Shown here: positions 27,278 through 35,835 of the stretch, one piece after another
Position numbering within the stretch: position 1 is the stretch's first letter
Layout of the letters: every line of letters begins with the position of its first letter
Source of the DNA: Mycobacteriales bacterium
GTDB taxonomy: Bacteria; Actinomycetota; Actinomycetes; Mycobacteriales; QHCE01
Direction of reading: 5' to 3'
DNA length: 64,000 nt
Assembly (NCBI GenBank): GCA_041743105.1
Contig: JBGTNI010000098.1
Span: 1,848 to 65,847 of the forward strand
Translations under genes and position numbers: made by a program
The notes under the pieces: generated by a model
The model's input: only the letters and a program-made list of their open reading frames with translations
Told to the model about the DNA's origin: nothing
The model's database searches: none

Positions 27278-27718
27278 ATTCTGAGCATCGCGCCGCGTAG
27301 CGACCCGTCGTCCGCGCAGCCACGCCAGCGCCGCGAGTATCGCGCTGGTCACGCCGATGGCCACCAGTACCCATGCCAGGTTGTAGCCGTAGTGCTGGGT
27401 CAGAACGGTCGGATTCGCCGGTACACCTTCGCGTTTGATCGCCGGCGCCGCCAGCAAAATCAACACTCCGGCTACCGCCATCCCGCCGACGATGATGCGG
27501 CCGACCGCCGCGGGTAGCCCTCGGGTAGCCCGCCAGATCAGCGCGCCCGTGACCAGCGTCAACGGAACCAGTACGCCATCGTGGAGCACTATCCCGATGG
27601 CCAGCCACTTGCCGATCGAGACCAGCATCTCGGTGGGGTAGTAGTTCCACAGTCCGTATAGGCCGATCCCCAGGGGAACTAAGCCGAGACAGATCAACGC
27701 GGCCCGAGTGAGCTTCAT
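27242..27718 (-). CDS. small 4-TM membrane protein coupled to the Mo-oxidoreductase
   Basis: MKLTRAALICLGLVPLGIGLYGLW... with four hydrophobic helices. ATG at 27718 overlaps the upstream stop (ATGA). Confidence 0.5.
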   Translation of the reverse strand: MKLTRAALICLGLVPLGIGLYGLWNYYPTEMLVSIGKWLAIGIVLHDGVLVPLTLVTGALIWRATRGLPAAVGRIIVGGMAVAGVLILLAAPAIKREGVPANPTVLTQHYGYNLAWVLVAIGVTSAILAALAWLRGRRVATRRDAQNSSNVARQQLEG

Positions 27719-28941
27719 GACGCAACCTCCAGCTTGCGAACCCACTTAGTCTGCAGCACGCCCGGTCTGGCCGGGGAGATGATGCGGGCTGGGTAGCCAT
27801 GCTCGATGTCGAGCACTTCGCCGCCCAGCCGCAGTGCCAGCAACGTCAGCTCGTCTTCGGCGAACTCCGGTCCCATCTCCGTTTGTGCGAACGGCCCGAA
27901 TTGCTCCAGCGAGATCACACGTAGGCCAGAGCCAGTCGGCGCGTCGACGTGCTCCATCAGGTCGCGCACCCGCACCCCGCCCCAGCGTGCGCTCTGGCTC
28001 CACCCTTCCACGCAGGAAATAGGCAGTGTCGCCTCGAACTGCGGCATCCGGTTGAGCTCAGCAAGGCTAAGCGTTGCCGGCCGAGGTCCCGCGATTTCTA
28101 GGCGCCAGTCCAGAGAGCGGGCGCTGTCTTTCACACCCGCTTCGGCGGCGGTGCGGTTCACCGCCAGCCCTTGCGGACCCTTGCTGGGCACGCGCGGTGC
28201 GAACAGGTTCAGCTTCTGCAACGGTGAGAACGACTGCCCCACGGTGGTGACGGTTACCGCCGCCACCGTGATCCCCACCGCGGTGAAGAAGCCCCGCCGG
28301 GACCAGCCACCCGCCGGCTCCGATGTAGCTGACGTCGTAGCCAGCGCTGTAGCTCGCGCGGTACTCGCCATTGCTGGTGCTCCGCCGCGGACGCGCCGCC
28401 AATGCTGCGCGATCAACGGCAACTTCGTCGCGATGTGGATCAGCAACGATCCGATGATCACCCACGCCAGAAAGAAGTGGGTTTCACGGAACGTGAACGG
28501 CCAGGGGTACCACTGCAGGGTGTTGAGCAACCCCATGAACAGCTGCAGCAGCGACGCGGCGAGGAACACCGCGATCGATGCTCGCTCCAGACTGTGGCCC
28601 ACCGAGCGCACGATGGGCCAACTGAACAGCCGCGGATACACCGTCCAAAGCTTCGCCAACAGCAGTGGGATCGAAGCGATACCGGTGGCGACGTGCAAGC
28701 CCTGGTTTACCCGATACAGCCATACCGGGCGCGTGGGAAAGCTCATCCAGCCGGCCGGTTCCTGCAGGTAGTGGCTGTAAATACCGGTGAGGAAACAGAT
28801 CGTGAAGCAGAGCGCGAGCCAGCGGCCGATCGAGACGGCCACTCGCGGGTTGTGCAGCGGGGACGAGAACGCGTTCGGCCTAAACGGCGAGAGTGGATGG
28901 GTGCGTACTATGCGGCTGATGACACTGCGGGCGCGTTTCAC
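27715..28941 (-). CDS. membrane-anchored molybdopterin-dependent oxidoreductase (sulfite-oxidase/YedY fold)
   Basis: N-terminal ~190-aa TM region, twin-Arg-like SRRGFFTAVG, and a C-terminal Moco-binding block ATLPISCVEGWSQSARWGGVRVRDLM ... GYPARIISPARPG. Confidence 0.75.
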   Translation of the reverse strand: MKRARSVISRIVRTHPLSPFRPNAFSSPLHNPRVAVSIGRWLALCFTICFLTGIYSHYLQEPAGWMSFPTRPVWLYRVNQGLHVATGIASIPLLLAKLWTVYPRLFSWPIVRSVGHSLERASIAVFLAASLLQLFMGLLNTLQWYPWPFTFRETHFFLAWVIIGSLLIHIATKLPLIAQHWRRVRGGAPAMASTARATALATTSATSEPAGGWSRRGFFTAVGITVAAVTVTTVGQSFSPLQKLNLFAPRVPSKGPQGLAVNRTAAEAGVKDSARSLDWRLEIAGPRPATLSLAELNRMPQFEATLPISCVEGWSQSARWGGVRVRDLMEHVDAPTGSGLRVISLEQFGPFAQTEMGPEFAEDELTLLALRLGGEVLDIEHGYPARIISPARPGVLQTKWVRKLEVAS

Positions 28942-30598
28942 AGCGATATTTCACCACGCGGCGACGATTTTCGTCACCCTCTGTATCGCGGGACTTGCCG
29001 TAGTCGTCTGCTACACGGTGCGCAACTTCAACCTTACCGACGACGCACGTGAGTTGCTGTGGTGGTACGGGGCCGCGTGGCTGATCTTTGCGACAGCGCT
29101 GGTGGCGCTGCGATGGGTACCGCTGCGCGCAGCCGTAGTGCTGATCGTGACCGGCTGCGTCGCGCTAGGTGTGGTGTCGCTACTCCAGCCGCCGCGTACC
29201 AGTTCAGACGCCGCCCGATACGTCTGGGACGGCATCGTGCAACAGTCAGGTACTTCGCCGTACTCCTATGTGCCGGTCGATCCTGAGTTGGAGTCGAAAC
29301 GAACCGACTGGTTATTCCCCGCGCCGATGGTTAGTCCTGAGGGCGCCGGAAAGGTCTCCTACGACTGCCCGGGATGGGAGCCACACCTGGTCTGGCAGGG
29401 TGACACTTTGGTCTGCACCGCTATCAACCGGCCAGAAGTCAACACCATCTATCCGGGGGCGGCGGAGGGTTACTTCCTACTGGTGGCGCTGGCCAGCCCC
29501 GATGCCGCGCAGTACCTGCCGCTCCAGATCATGGGTCTGCTGCTGGCGACCGGAGTCACGGTGCTGCTGCTATGGGGCTTGCGGCGCTATCACAGCGACC
29601 CCCGTTGGGCCGCGCTGTGGGCGTGGTGTCCGCTTGTTGCCGTCGAGGCGGTAAACAACGCGCATATCGACGCCCTCGGCGCGCTGTTGATTCTGGTGTC
29701 GGTGCTGTTGATCGGAGGTAGGCGCCAACTGCTAGGGGGCGTTGCTCTCGGAGCTGCCATCGCGGTGAAACTGCTGCCGGTACTGCTGCTGCCGGCGCTG
29801 ATCCGTCGCCGTCCGATGCGGCTGTTGCTCGGTACGGTCGCTTCCTTCGTCGCGGCTTACCTGCCGTATGTGTTGGTCTCGGGTCGTGAGGTCATCGGCT
29901 TCTTGCCCGGCTACCTCGACGAGGAGGGTTACAGCGAGGCCGAAGGGTCACGCTTCGCGCTACTGCGACTGCTGCTGCCGGATTCCTGGGAAGGGATAGA
30001 AACCCTCGCCGCCATCGTCGTGTTGGCGATCACAGCGCTGCTGGTGCTGTGGCGGGTAAATCCGGACCGGCCGTGGACGGCGGCCGCGACCATGTTCGGG
30101 GTGGCGCTGCTGGTGGCCACGCCTTCCTATCCGTGGTACGCGCTGCTGCTGATTCCACTGGCCGCCCTGGCCGGGCGATGGGAATGGCTGGCGGTAGCCG
30201 TCGCGTCCACCGTGGTGTATCTGGAGGGGGCCATGCCGGACGGTGGTTGGGATGAGCCGCTGGCGATCGCACAGCTGAGCTATGGCGCCGCCGGCCTGAT
30301 CGTTGCGGTGGCCACCGTGGTGCGGTTCTGGTTAGCCCGCTCGGCGCCAGGCGTCGTAGCCGCCGGACAGGTGCCGGAGCGCGGTGAAGCCGCACTGCCG
30401 CAAGATCGCCAAGGCGTGGGCCGATCGGATGCCGTGCTCGCAGTAGAGCACCGCGGATTCCGCTCGGCTCAGTGGCGCAACCAGCTTGGCTATTTGTTCT
30501 TGAGTGTTGTCGTCCTCGGTGCCGCCGTCCTGGGCATCGTTTCCATGGGCGTAGCCGCGTTGCTGCGCGGTCGCAACGATCGTGCTCAGCGGCGCTAG
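28910..30598 (+). CDS. GT87/DUF2029-like polyprenol-phosphate-sugar glycosyltransferase (GT-C)
   Basis: About 12 TM segments; DAARYVWDG and NTIYPGAAEGYF loops; NNAHIDALG. The start is uncertain (ATG 28910 or 28919; the ORF opens at 28787 inside the divergent gene). The last ~88 codons are antisense to moeZ. Confidence 0.6.
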   Translation: MRLMTLRARFTAIFHHAATIFVTLCIAGLAVVVCYTVRNFNLTDDARELLWWYGAAWLIFATALVALRWVPLRAAVVLIVTGCVALGVVSLLQPPRTSSDAARYVWDGIVQQSGTSPYSYVPVDPELESKRTDWLFPAPMVSPEGAGKVSYDCPGWEPHLVWQGDTLVCTAINRPEVNTIYPGAAEGYFLLVALASPDAAQYLPLQIMGLLLATGVTVLLLWGLRRYHSDPRWAALWAWCPLVAVEAVNNAHIDALGALLILVSVLLIGGRRQLLGGVALGAAIAVKLLPVLLLPALIRRRPMRLLLGTVASFVAAYLPYVLVSGREVIGFLPGYLDEEGYSEAEGSRFALLRLLLPDSWEGIETLAAIVVLAITALLVLWRVNPDRPWTAAATMFGVALLVATPSYPWYALLLIPLAALAGRWEWLAVAVASTVVYLEGAMPDGGWDEPLAIAQLSYGAAGLIVAVATVVRFWLARSAPGVVAAGQVPERGEAALPQDRQGVGRSDAVLAVEHRGFRSAQWRNQLGYLFLSVVVLGAAVLGIVSMGVAALLRGRNDRAQRR

Positions 30599-31555
30599 GC
30601 GCGATCCGGCGATCGCTCCCGCGGCGTGCTCCTGTGGCTCCCGTACGTCGATCAGCACCGGGGGTGCGCCATTGTGTAGTTCATGGGCAAGTTGGGAGAC
30701 GGTGATCTCGCTGTCGTTCGCCGGAGCGTGGTCGTTCACTCCGTCATTGTCCGCCATCCCGCGATGGTCGGCCGCGGAGGCCTCGAAGGCGAGTGCAGGA
30801 CCACGTCGTTGAAATCGCAGCTGCCGGAAGCTGGAATCGGTGGCGTCGAACATCAGCACTCGTCCCAGTTGCACGTTGCCACAGCCGGTGATCAGCTTGA
30901 TCGTCTCGGTGGCCATGATCGACCCGATCACGGCGCATACTGTCCCGATCACCCCGCCGGTCGCGCAGGACAGCACATCATCGTCATCTGGTGGAACGGG
31001 GTATAGATCGCGGTAGCGCGGACCGCGATCAACCCAGGAGACACCGGTCTGGCCTTGCCAACGCAGCACCGAACCCCAGACGCATGGCGTGCGTAGCTGG
31101 GCCGCGGTGTCGTCGGCACAGTAGTGGGTGGCGAAGGTGTCGCTGCCGTCCACGATGACGTCGTGGCCAGCTAGCAGAGTGGCGGCGTTGGTCGAGTCCA
31201 GACGCACGAGGTGCGTGGTGAGGTCCACTTCGGGTTGGATACGTCGCAGCGCGTCAGTGGCACTGGCGGTCTTGCTGCGACCGATGTCGGGGCTACCGTG
31301 CAGCAGCTGTCGATGCAGGTTCGATTCGGCAACGGTGTCGGCGTCGATGATCGTGAGGTGACCCACGCCCGCTGCCGCAAGATAGCTCAGTACGGGGCTG
31401 CCTAGTCCTCCCGCGCCGATCACGGCGACGCGTGCTGCCTTGAGTCGCTGCTGACCGGCAACACCAAATTCGGGCACGGTGAGCTGGCGAGCATAGCGAC
31501 TGAAATCCTGTGGGGCGAGCTCTTCGACTTTTTGCGCTCGTGGTGGTAGTGGCAC
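30332..31555 (-). CDS. moeZ: MoeZ/MoeB-type adenylyltransferase-sulfurtransferase (ThiF domain plus rhodanese)
   Basis: FSRYARQLTVPEFGVAGQQRLKAARVAVIGAGGLGSP, NLHRQ and a C-terminal rhodanese domain (LIDVREPQEH ... VLYCEHGIRSAHA). Confidence 0.85.
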   Translation of the reverse strand: MPLPPRAQKVEELAPQDFSRYARQLTVPEFGVAGQQRLKAARVAVIGAGGLGSPVLSYLAAAGVGHLTIIDADTVAESNLHRQLLHGSPDIGRSKTASATDALRRIQPEVDLTTHLVRLDSTNAATLLAGHDVIVDGSDTFATHYCADDTAAQLRTPCVWGSVLRWQGQTGVSWVDRGPRYRDLYPVPPDDDDVLSCATGGVIGTVCAVIGSIMATETIKLITGCGNVQLGRVLMFDATDSSFRQLRFQRRGPALAFEASAADHRGMADNDGVNDHAPANDSEITVSQLAHELHNGAPPVLIDVREPQEHAAGAIAGSRLAPLSTIVATAQQRGYAHGNDAQDGGTEDDNTQEQIAKLVAPLSRAESAVLYCEHGIRSAHALAILRQCGFTALRHLSGGYDAWRRAG

Positions 31556-31637
31556 AGTTGCTACGGTACTGAGTCGATTCCATGACGCTGATGCAATAGC
31601 TCCGAACTAGTCGCCGACAGCTCCGGGAGAGGACGCC

Positions 31638-32111
31638 GTGCCCGTCTCCTTAGTGCCAGATGACTTCGAGGTTCCGCAGGTACTCGATCGCGAACGCTTC
31701 CGGCTGCGCATGCTCACGATTCACGACGTCGTGAAGGACTACGACGCCGTGATGAGCAGCATCGATCACCTACAGGGTGTCTTCGGTGAGCGTTCTAGCT
31801 GGCCATCGCCCAGCCTGACGCTGGAACAGGATCTCATCGACCTCGGTTGGCATCAGAAGGAATTCCGAAAACGCACGTCGTTTACCTACACCATGATGTC
31901 TCGCGACGAGAAACGCTGTCTGGGCGCTGTCTACTTCTATCCCAGCGCGGATGCCGCTAGTGACGTCGATGTCTATCTATGGGTGCGCGCCGACGAAGTC
32001 GCCGGTGGCTTGGACGGTGAGTTGTTCGCCACGGTGCGCTGGTGGGTGCAACAGTCGTGGCCGTTTCGTCGGGTCCGTTATCCCGGCCGCGAACCGGGTC
32101 CTCCTGGTTGA
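31638..32111 (+). CDS. probable GNAT-family acetyltransferase
   Basis: FRLRMLTIHDVVKDYDAVMSS ... WPSPSLTLEQDLIDLGWHQKEF ... CLGAVYFYPS matches a widespread uncharacterised GNAT subfamily pattern (recalled from memory). Confidence 0.45.
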   Translation: MPVSLVPDDFEVPQVLDRERFRLRMLTIHDVVKDYDAVMSSIDHLQGVFGERSSWPSPSLTLEQDLIDLGWHQKEFRKRTSFTYTMMSRDEKRCLGAVYFYPSADAASDVDVYLWVRADEVAGGLDGELFATVRWWVQQSWPFRRVRYPGREPGPPG

Positions 32112-32738
32112 TAGGCCCGGGTGTTTGAAGCGTTTAACCGCTATGTAGGCGGCGATTATTACCGCCGCTGCCGCCAGAACCGCGCCGATGACGACATTGA
32201 GGCGTCCCGAGTTCTGGATGACGTTTTGATACGAGCTCCCGGCGAGATAGCCGATTCCAATCGAGCCGGGAATCCAGACCAGAATTCCGATGATGTTCCA
32301 CAGCAGAAACCGGCGATACGACAGCCGGGACATACCGGCGAGGCGGGGCATGATGGTACGCACGAATGCTACCCATCGGCCTACCATCACAGCTCTGCCG
32401 CCGAAGCGTTCGAACAGGCGATTCACGTGCTCTCGTCGCCCAGCCCCGATTCGTCGCGCCAGCCATCCTGTCTCTGCCCGCTTGCCCAGCAGTCGTCCCT
32501 CCCAATAGCCGATCGAGTCTCCTAGTGCGGCAGCTAAGCAAGCGAAGACCATTGCCAGTAGCACGTCGATGTGACCGGTGTGAGCGAGGAATCCGAGCGT
32601 GAACAACGTGGTTGCCGCCGGAGCGAATATTCCCAACAGTAGGCCGGCCTCGGCAGCGAGAATCAGGCCTGCCACTACATAGACCTGCGTCGCCGGTAGC
32701 TCGCCCAGGTCATGCAGTACCGCGCCGAGGATGTTCAT
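31977..32738 (-). CDS. DedA-family membrane protein
   Basis: GRWVAFVRTIMPRLAGMSRLSYRRFLLWNIIGILVW is the DedA signature region. ATG at 32738 (MNILGAVL) is preferred. The C-terminal ~45 codons are antisense to the preceding gene. Confidence 0.8.
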   Translation of the reverse strand: MNILGAVLHDLGELPATQVYVVAGLILAAEAGLLLGIFAPAATTLFTLGFLAHTGHIDVLLAMVFACLAAALGDSIGYWEGRLLGKRAETGWLARRIGAGRREHVNRLFERFGGRAVMVGRWVAFVRTIMPRLAGMSRLSYRRFLLWNIIGILVWIPGSIGIGYLAGSSYQNVIQNSGRLNVVIGAVLAAAAVIIAAYIAVKRFKHPGLSTRRTRFAAGITDPTKRPRLLHPPAHRGEQLTVQATGDFVGAHP

Positions 32739-32874
32739 CGTCAAACTCCACAAAGTCGTCTGCTGCTTGTCGTCCACCACGCGCCGTGGTGGTTCCGACT
32801 TACACACTCGTGAAGTTTTCGGCTGATTACCTCCTGCCGTGGGCCCGCTGGGGTCCTCCTTCTGGCCGGAGATC

Positions 32875-33519
32875 TTAGAGGTCGGCTCGGGGATGGAAGT
32901 CGGAATCGACGAGACCGAACCGATGTGCGATCACCGCGACCTGGACCCGGTTTCCAACGCCGAGCTTCTCGATCGCCGCCGATACGTGGGTCTTCACGGT
33001 GGTAACGCCCATATGCAACTCGCCGGCGATGTCGTTGTTGGACTTACCGGCCCCCACCAAAGCGACGATGTGGCGTTCCCGTTCGGATAACGCGGCCACG
33101 CCGGCCGCGGCCGCGTCTGGCGCGGGACCATGAGCGTCATGTGCGGAAAGTGCCTGATCCACCACCCGTGACAGTACGGCGGGGGAGAGCAGAGATTCAC
33201 CGCGCGCCGCTCTGTGTACGGCCTCGACCAAGAGCGCAGGTTCGCTGTCTTTGAGCAAGAAACCCACCGCTCCGGCTCGCAGCGCCCCGTAGATGCTGGC
33301 GTCGTCGGAGAACGTGGTGAGCACTACGACATGCACGTTAGGCCACTGGTCCACGATGCGTTGGGTTGCGACGCGACCGTCTAGCTTGGGCATACGCAGG
33401 TCCATGAGCACGACGTCGGGGCGTAACCGTTCGATGAGTCGGATCGCTTCCTGGCCATTGTCTGCTTCGCCAACGACGTCGATCCCCTCGGCCGCCTCGA
33501 GGAAAACCTTCACGCCCAC
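32875..33519 (-). CDS. NarL/LuxR-family response regulator lacking the first ~10 residues of the receiver domain
   Basis: Receiver blocks DVVLMDLRMPKLDG, VVVLTTFSDD and GFLLKD. LuxR HTH LSERERHIVALVGAGKSNNDIAGELHMGVTTVKTHV. The in-frame upstream sequence reads stop-KSHGFPLQNLVRVG where MxxVLLVDDHxLVRxG is expected. Confidence 0.75.
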   Translation of the reverse strand: MGVKVFLEAAEGIDVVGEADNGQEAIRLIERLRPDVVLMDLRMPKLDGRVATQRIVDQWPNVHVVVLTTFSDDASIYGALRAGAVGFLLKDSEPALLVEAVHRAARGESLLSPAVLSRVVDQALSAHDAHGPAPDAAAAGVAALSERERHIVALVGAGKSNNDIAGELHMGVTTVKTHVSAAIEKLGVGNRVQVAVIAHRFGLVDSDFHPRADL

Positions 33520-33622
33520 GCGGACCAGGTTCTGTAGCGGGAAGCCGTGTGATTTTTAACTCGTGCGTACAGTACTCAAGCACGGAAGTGACGGTTCTCC
33601 TCGTCGACGTATCGTTACTGCT

Positions 33623-34678
33623 ATGTCGGTCTCGTTAGGTCTGCCCGCGGTTCGAAATTGGGCGGCGGCGCAGCCCAGGCCAGATGTCCCCGAACTGATC
33701 GACCAATTCGACCGTGTTGCCACGGACCTGCGGGTGTCGCTCACTGACAGGTGCAACCTGCGTTGCTCGTACTGCATGCCCGAAGAGGGCTTAGACTGGC
33801 TGCCGCGTGGCGACCTGCTTACCGCGGCTGAGCTGGTGCGGTTGGTGTCGATAGCTGTTACGCAGTTGGGCGTGGAGCAGGTCCGATTCACCGGCGGCGA
33901 ACCGTTACTGCGCGGCGACCTCGTAGACATCGTTGCCGGCTGCGCGGCGCTGGAACCCCGCCCAGAGCTGGCCATGACTACTAACGCGATCGGGCTGCCG
34001 ACGAGAGCGCAGGCGTTGGCGCGAGCCGGGCTGGACCGGCTCAACGTTTCACTGGACACCCTCGATGCCGCCACATTCTCGGCAATCGCGCACCGTGACT
34101 TACTGCAACGCACGCTGGAGGGTATTGCCGCCGCCGCCGATGCGGGGCTGGGCCCGATCAAGATCAATGCGGTGTTGTTGCGCGGCGTGAACGACGCCGG
34201 TGCCCCGGGCTTGTTGGCATGGGCGCTTGAGCACGGGCATGAGCTGCGGTTTATCGAGCAGATGCCGCTGGATGCTCAACACGGTTGGGAACGTTCGGCG
34301 ATGGTGACCGCCGCGCAGATCCGCGAGCTATTGTCAAAGCGATTCGAGCTCACCCCGGACTTCCGGCCCCGTAACGGGGCACCCGCACAACGCTGGCTGG
34401 TCGACGGGGGGCCTGCCACGGTTGGCATCATCGGTTCGGTCACCGAACCGTTCTGCGCCGACTGCCGACGCACCCGCCTCACCGCCGATGGGCAGATTCG
34501 CAACTGCTTGTTCGCTCACGATGAGACAGATCTGCGTGGGCCGATGCGGGCCGGTGCCGGCGATGCCGAGCTCGCCGGTTTGTGGCGTGGCAACATGTGG
34601 GCGAAGGCGGCAGGTCACGGGATGGGCGCTCCGGATTTCCGGCAGCCCGAACGGCCAATGAGCGCAATCGGAGGCTGA
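33623..34678 (+). CDS. moaA: GTP 3',8-cyclase MoaA (radical SAM)
   Basis: CNLRCSYCMP cluster, FTGGEPLL, C-terminal CADCRRTRLTADGQIRNCLF and a terminal SAIGG. ATG at 33623 (MSVSLGLPAVRN) aligns with mycobacterial MoaA. Confidence 0.9.
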   Translation: MSVSLGLPAVRNWAAAQPRPDVPELIDQFDRVATDLRVSLTDRCNLRCSYCMPEEGLDWLPRGDLLTAAELVRLVSIAVTQLGVEQVRFTGGEPLLRGDLVDIVAGCAALEPRPELAMTTNAIGLPTRAQALARAGLDRLNVSLDTLDAATFSAIAHRDLLQRTLEGIAAAADAGLGPIKINAVLLRGVNDAGAPGLLAWALEHGHELRFIEQMPLDAQHGWERSAMVTAAQIRELLSKRFELTPDFRPRNGAPAQRWLVDGGPATVGIIGSVTEPFCADCRRTRLTADGQIRNCLFAHDETDLRGPMRAGAGDAELAGLWRGNMWAKAAGHGMGAPDFRQPERPMSAIGG

Positions 34679-34703
34679 CGTCCATCATGACTAGGAGCCC
34701 ATC

Positions 34704-34955
34704 ATGACAGTGACAGTTCGCTACTTCGCTGGAGCGCGCCACGTTGCGGGCACAGAGGAAGAGCAGCGGGGGTTGGCTGAGCCGGTTGCACTGGCAGAGC
34801 TGGTTCGCCAGCTTGCCGATGCCCAGCGGCCCGAGCTTGCGACGGTGCTATCGCGATGTAGCTTCCTGGTCAACGAGGTGGCGGTGGTCGACTCCGGACA
34901 GCTCATCGGGGATGGGGATGTTGTCGATGTGCTTCCGCCATTCGCCGGCGGATGA
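34704..34955 (+). CDS. moaD: molybdopterin synthase sulfur carrier MoaD
   Basis: 83 aa with a ubiquitin-like pattern, ending PPFAGG. Confidence 0.8.
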   Translation: MTVTVRYFAGARHVAGTEEEQRGLAEPVALAELVRQLADAQRPELATVLSRCSFLVNEVAVVDSGQLIGDGDVVDVLPPFAGG

Positions 34956-34965
34956 GCGGGCCTCC

Positions 34966-35030
34966 GCCACGAGCGTGACATCAGGGTCACGTTTCGCCCC
35001 GAAAACCGGCCCCCTTGTCACGTTCGTGGC
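34966..35030. repeat. 65-nt palindromic element, copy 1 (upstream of vapBC)
   Basis: Arms gccacgagcgtgaca / tgtcacgttcgtggc (15 bp, one G-T pair) around a 35-nt loop that itself contains gtttcg-cccc-gaaaac. Confidence 0.75.
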
Positions 35031-35083
35031 GCAGAGACGTAGCGGTGCCTGCAATGTGGCGGCAAAGAAGCTATTATGCAGTC

Positions 35084-35320
35084 ATGACGGTAGCGTTAAC
35101 GGTGCGGAATGTGCCAGAAAGTGTGCGAGACGAACTTGCGACACGGGCGGCGCGATCCGGCAGATCCATGCAAGAGTTCTTATTGGCGCAGCTCAATGAG
35201 CTAGCTGCTACTCCTAGCGCTGCCGATGTGATTGCGCGAGCGCGTTCGCGGGCTACTGCGACCAGCAGTCAACTCGCCCCGGAGTCGATCATCGCGGCTC
35301 GGGACGCTGAACGAAGGTGA
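35084..35320 (+). CDS. antitoxin (Arc/FitA-like, VapB-type)
   Basis: MTVALTVRNVPESVRDELATRAARSGRSMQEFLLAQL. The stop overlaps the PIN gene start (GTGA). Confidence 0.75.
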   Translation: MTVALTVRNVPESVRDELATRAARSGRSMQEFLLAQLNELAATPSAADVIARARSRATATSSQLAPESIIAARDAERR

Positions 35321-35730
35321 CGCAGCCTCGGTCGACTACGGTCGTTATCGATTCATCGGCGCTGGTAGCCCTGCTGGCCGACGCCGGCTCCGCCGGGCAG
35401 TGGGTTGAATCCCGTACGAAAAGTATGTACCTAGCTGCGCCCCAGCTCGTGGTCTTTGAGGCCGCGAACGTGCTGCGCCGGCACTACTTGCGTAAGGAAC
35501 TCGACGCGACACAGGCGACATTGGTGCATCAGGATTTACTGGATCTGCGAGTCCATCTGTGGCCCTATGTTGCCCTGGCTGCTCGAGCATGGGCGCTTCG
35601 GGGCAACGTCACGATCTATGACGCCTCGTACGTTGCGTTAGCCGAGTTGCTGGATTCACCTCTGATCACGCTGGATCACCGTTTAGCTAAAGCCAGCGGA
35701 GTCGCTTGCAGGATCATGACTCCACCGTGA
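35317..35730 (+). CDS. vapC: PIN-domain toxin VapC
   Basis: VVIDSSALVALL, EAANVLRR and IYDASYVALAE in PIN acidic-residue spacing. Confidence 0.8.
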   Translation: MTQPRSTTVVIDSSALVALLADAGSAGQWVESRTKSMYLAAPQLVVFEAANVLRRHYLRKELDATQATLVHQDLLDLRVHLWPYVALAARAWALRGNVTIYDASYVALAELLDSPLITLDHRLAKASGVACRIMTPP

Positions 35731-35737
35731 AAGACTT

Positions 35738-35802
35738 GCCACGAACGTGACACCAGGGCCGTTTTCTGGGGGAAAATGGGGCCGCCCTGTCACGTTCGTG
35801 GC
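35738..35802. repeat. 65-nt palindromic element, copy 2 (downstream of vapBC)
   Basis: Perfect 15-bp arms gccacgaacgtgaca / tgtcacgttcgtggc around a 35-nt loop containing gttttc-tggggg-aaaat. Same arm sequence and same length as copy 1. Confidence 0.75.
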
Positions 35803-35835
35803 AAGGTGGTAAGGCCTACCGCGCCTGCGGGGACA

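Noticed and set aside
33520-33622. Moco riboswitch upstream of moaA
   Set aside because: The available leader is under ~100 nt and partly occupied by the truncated response-regulator relic. No conserved Moco-motif helices were recognisable by eye.
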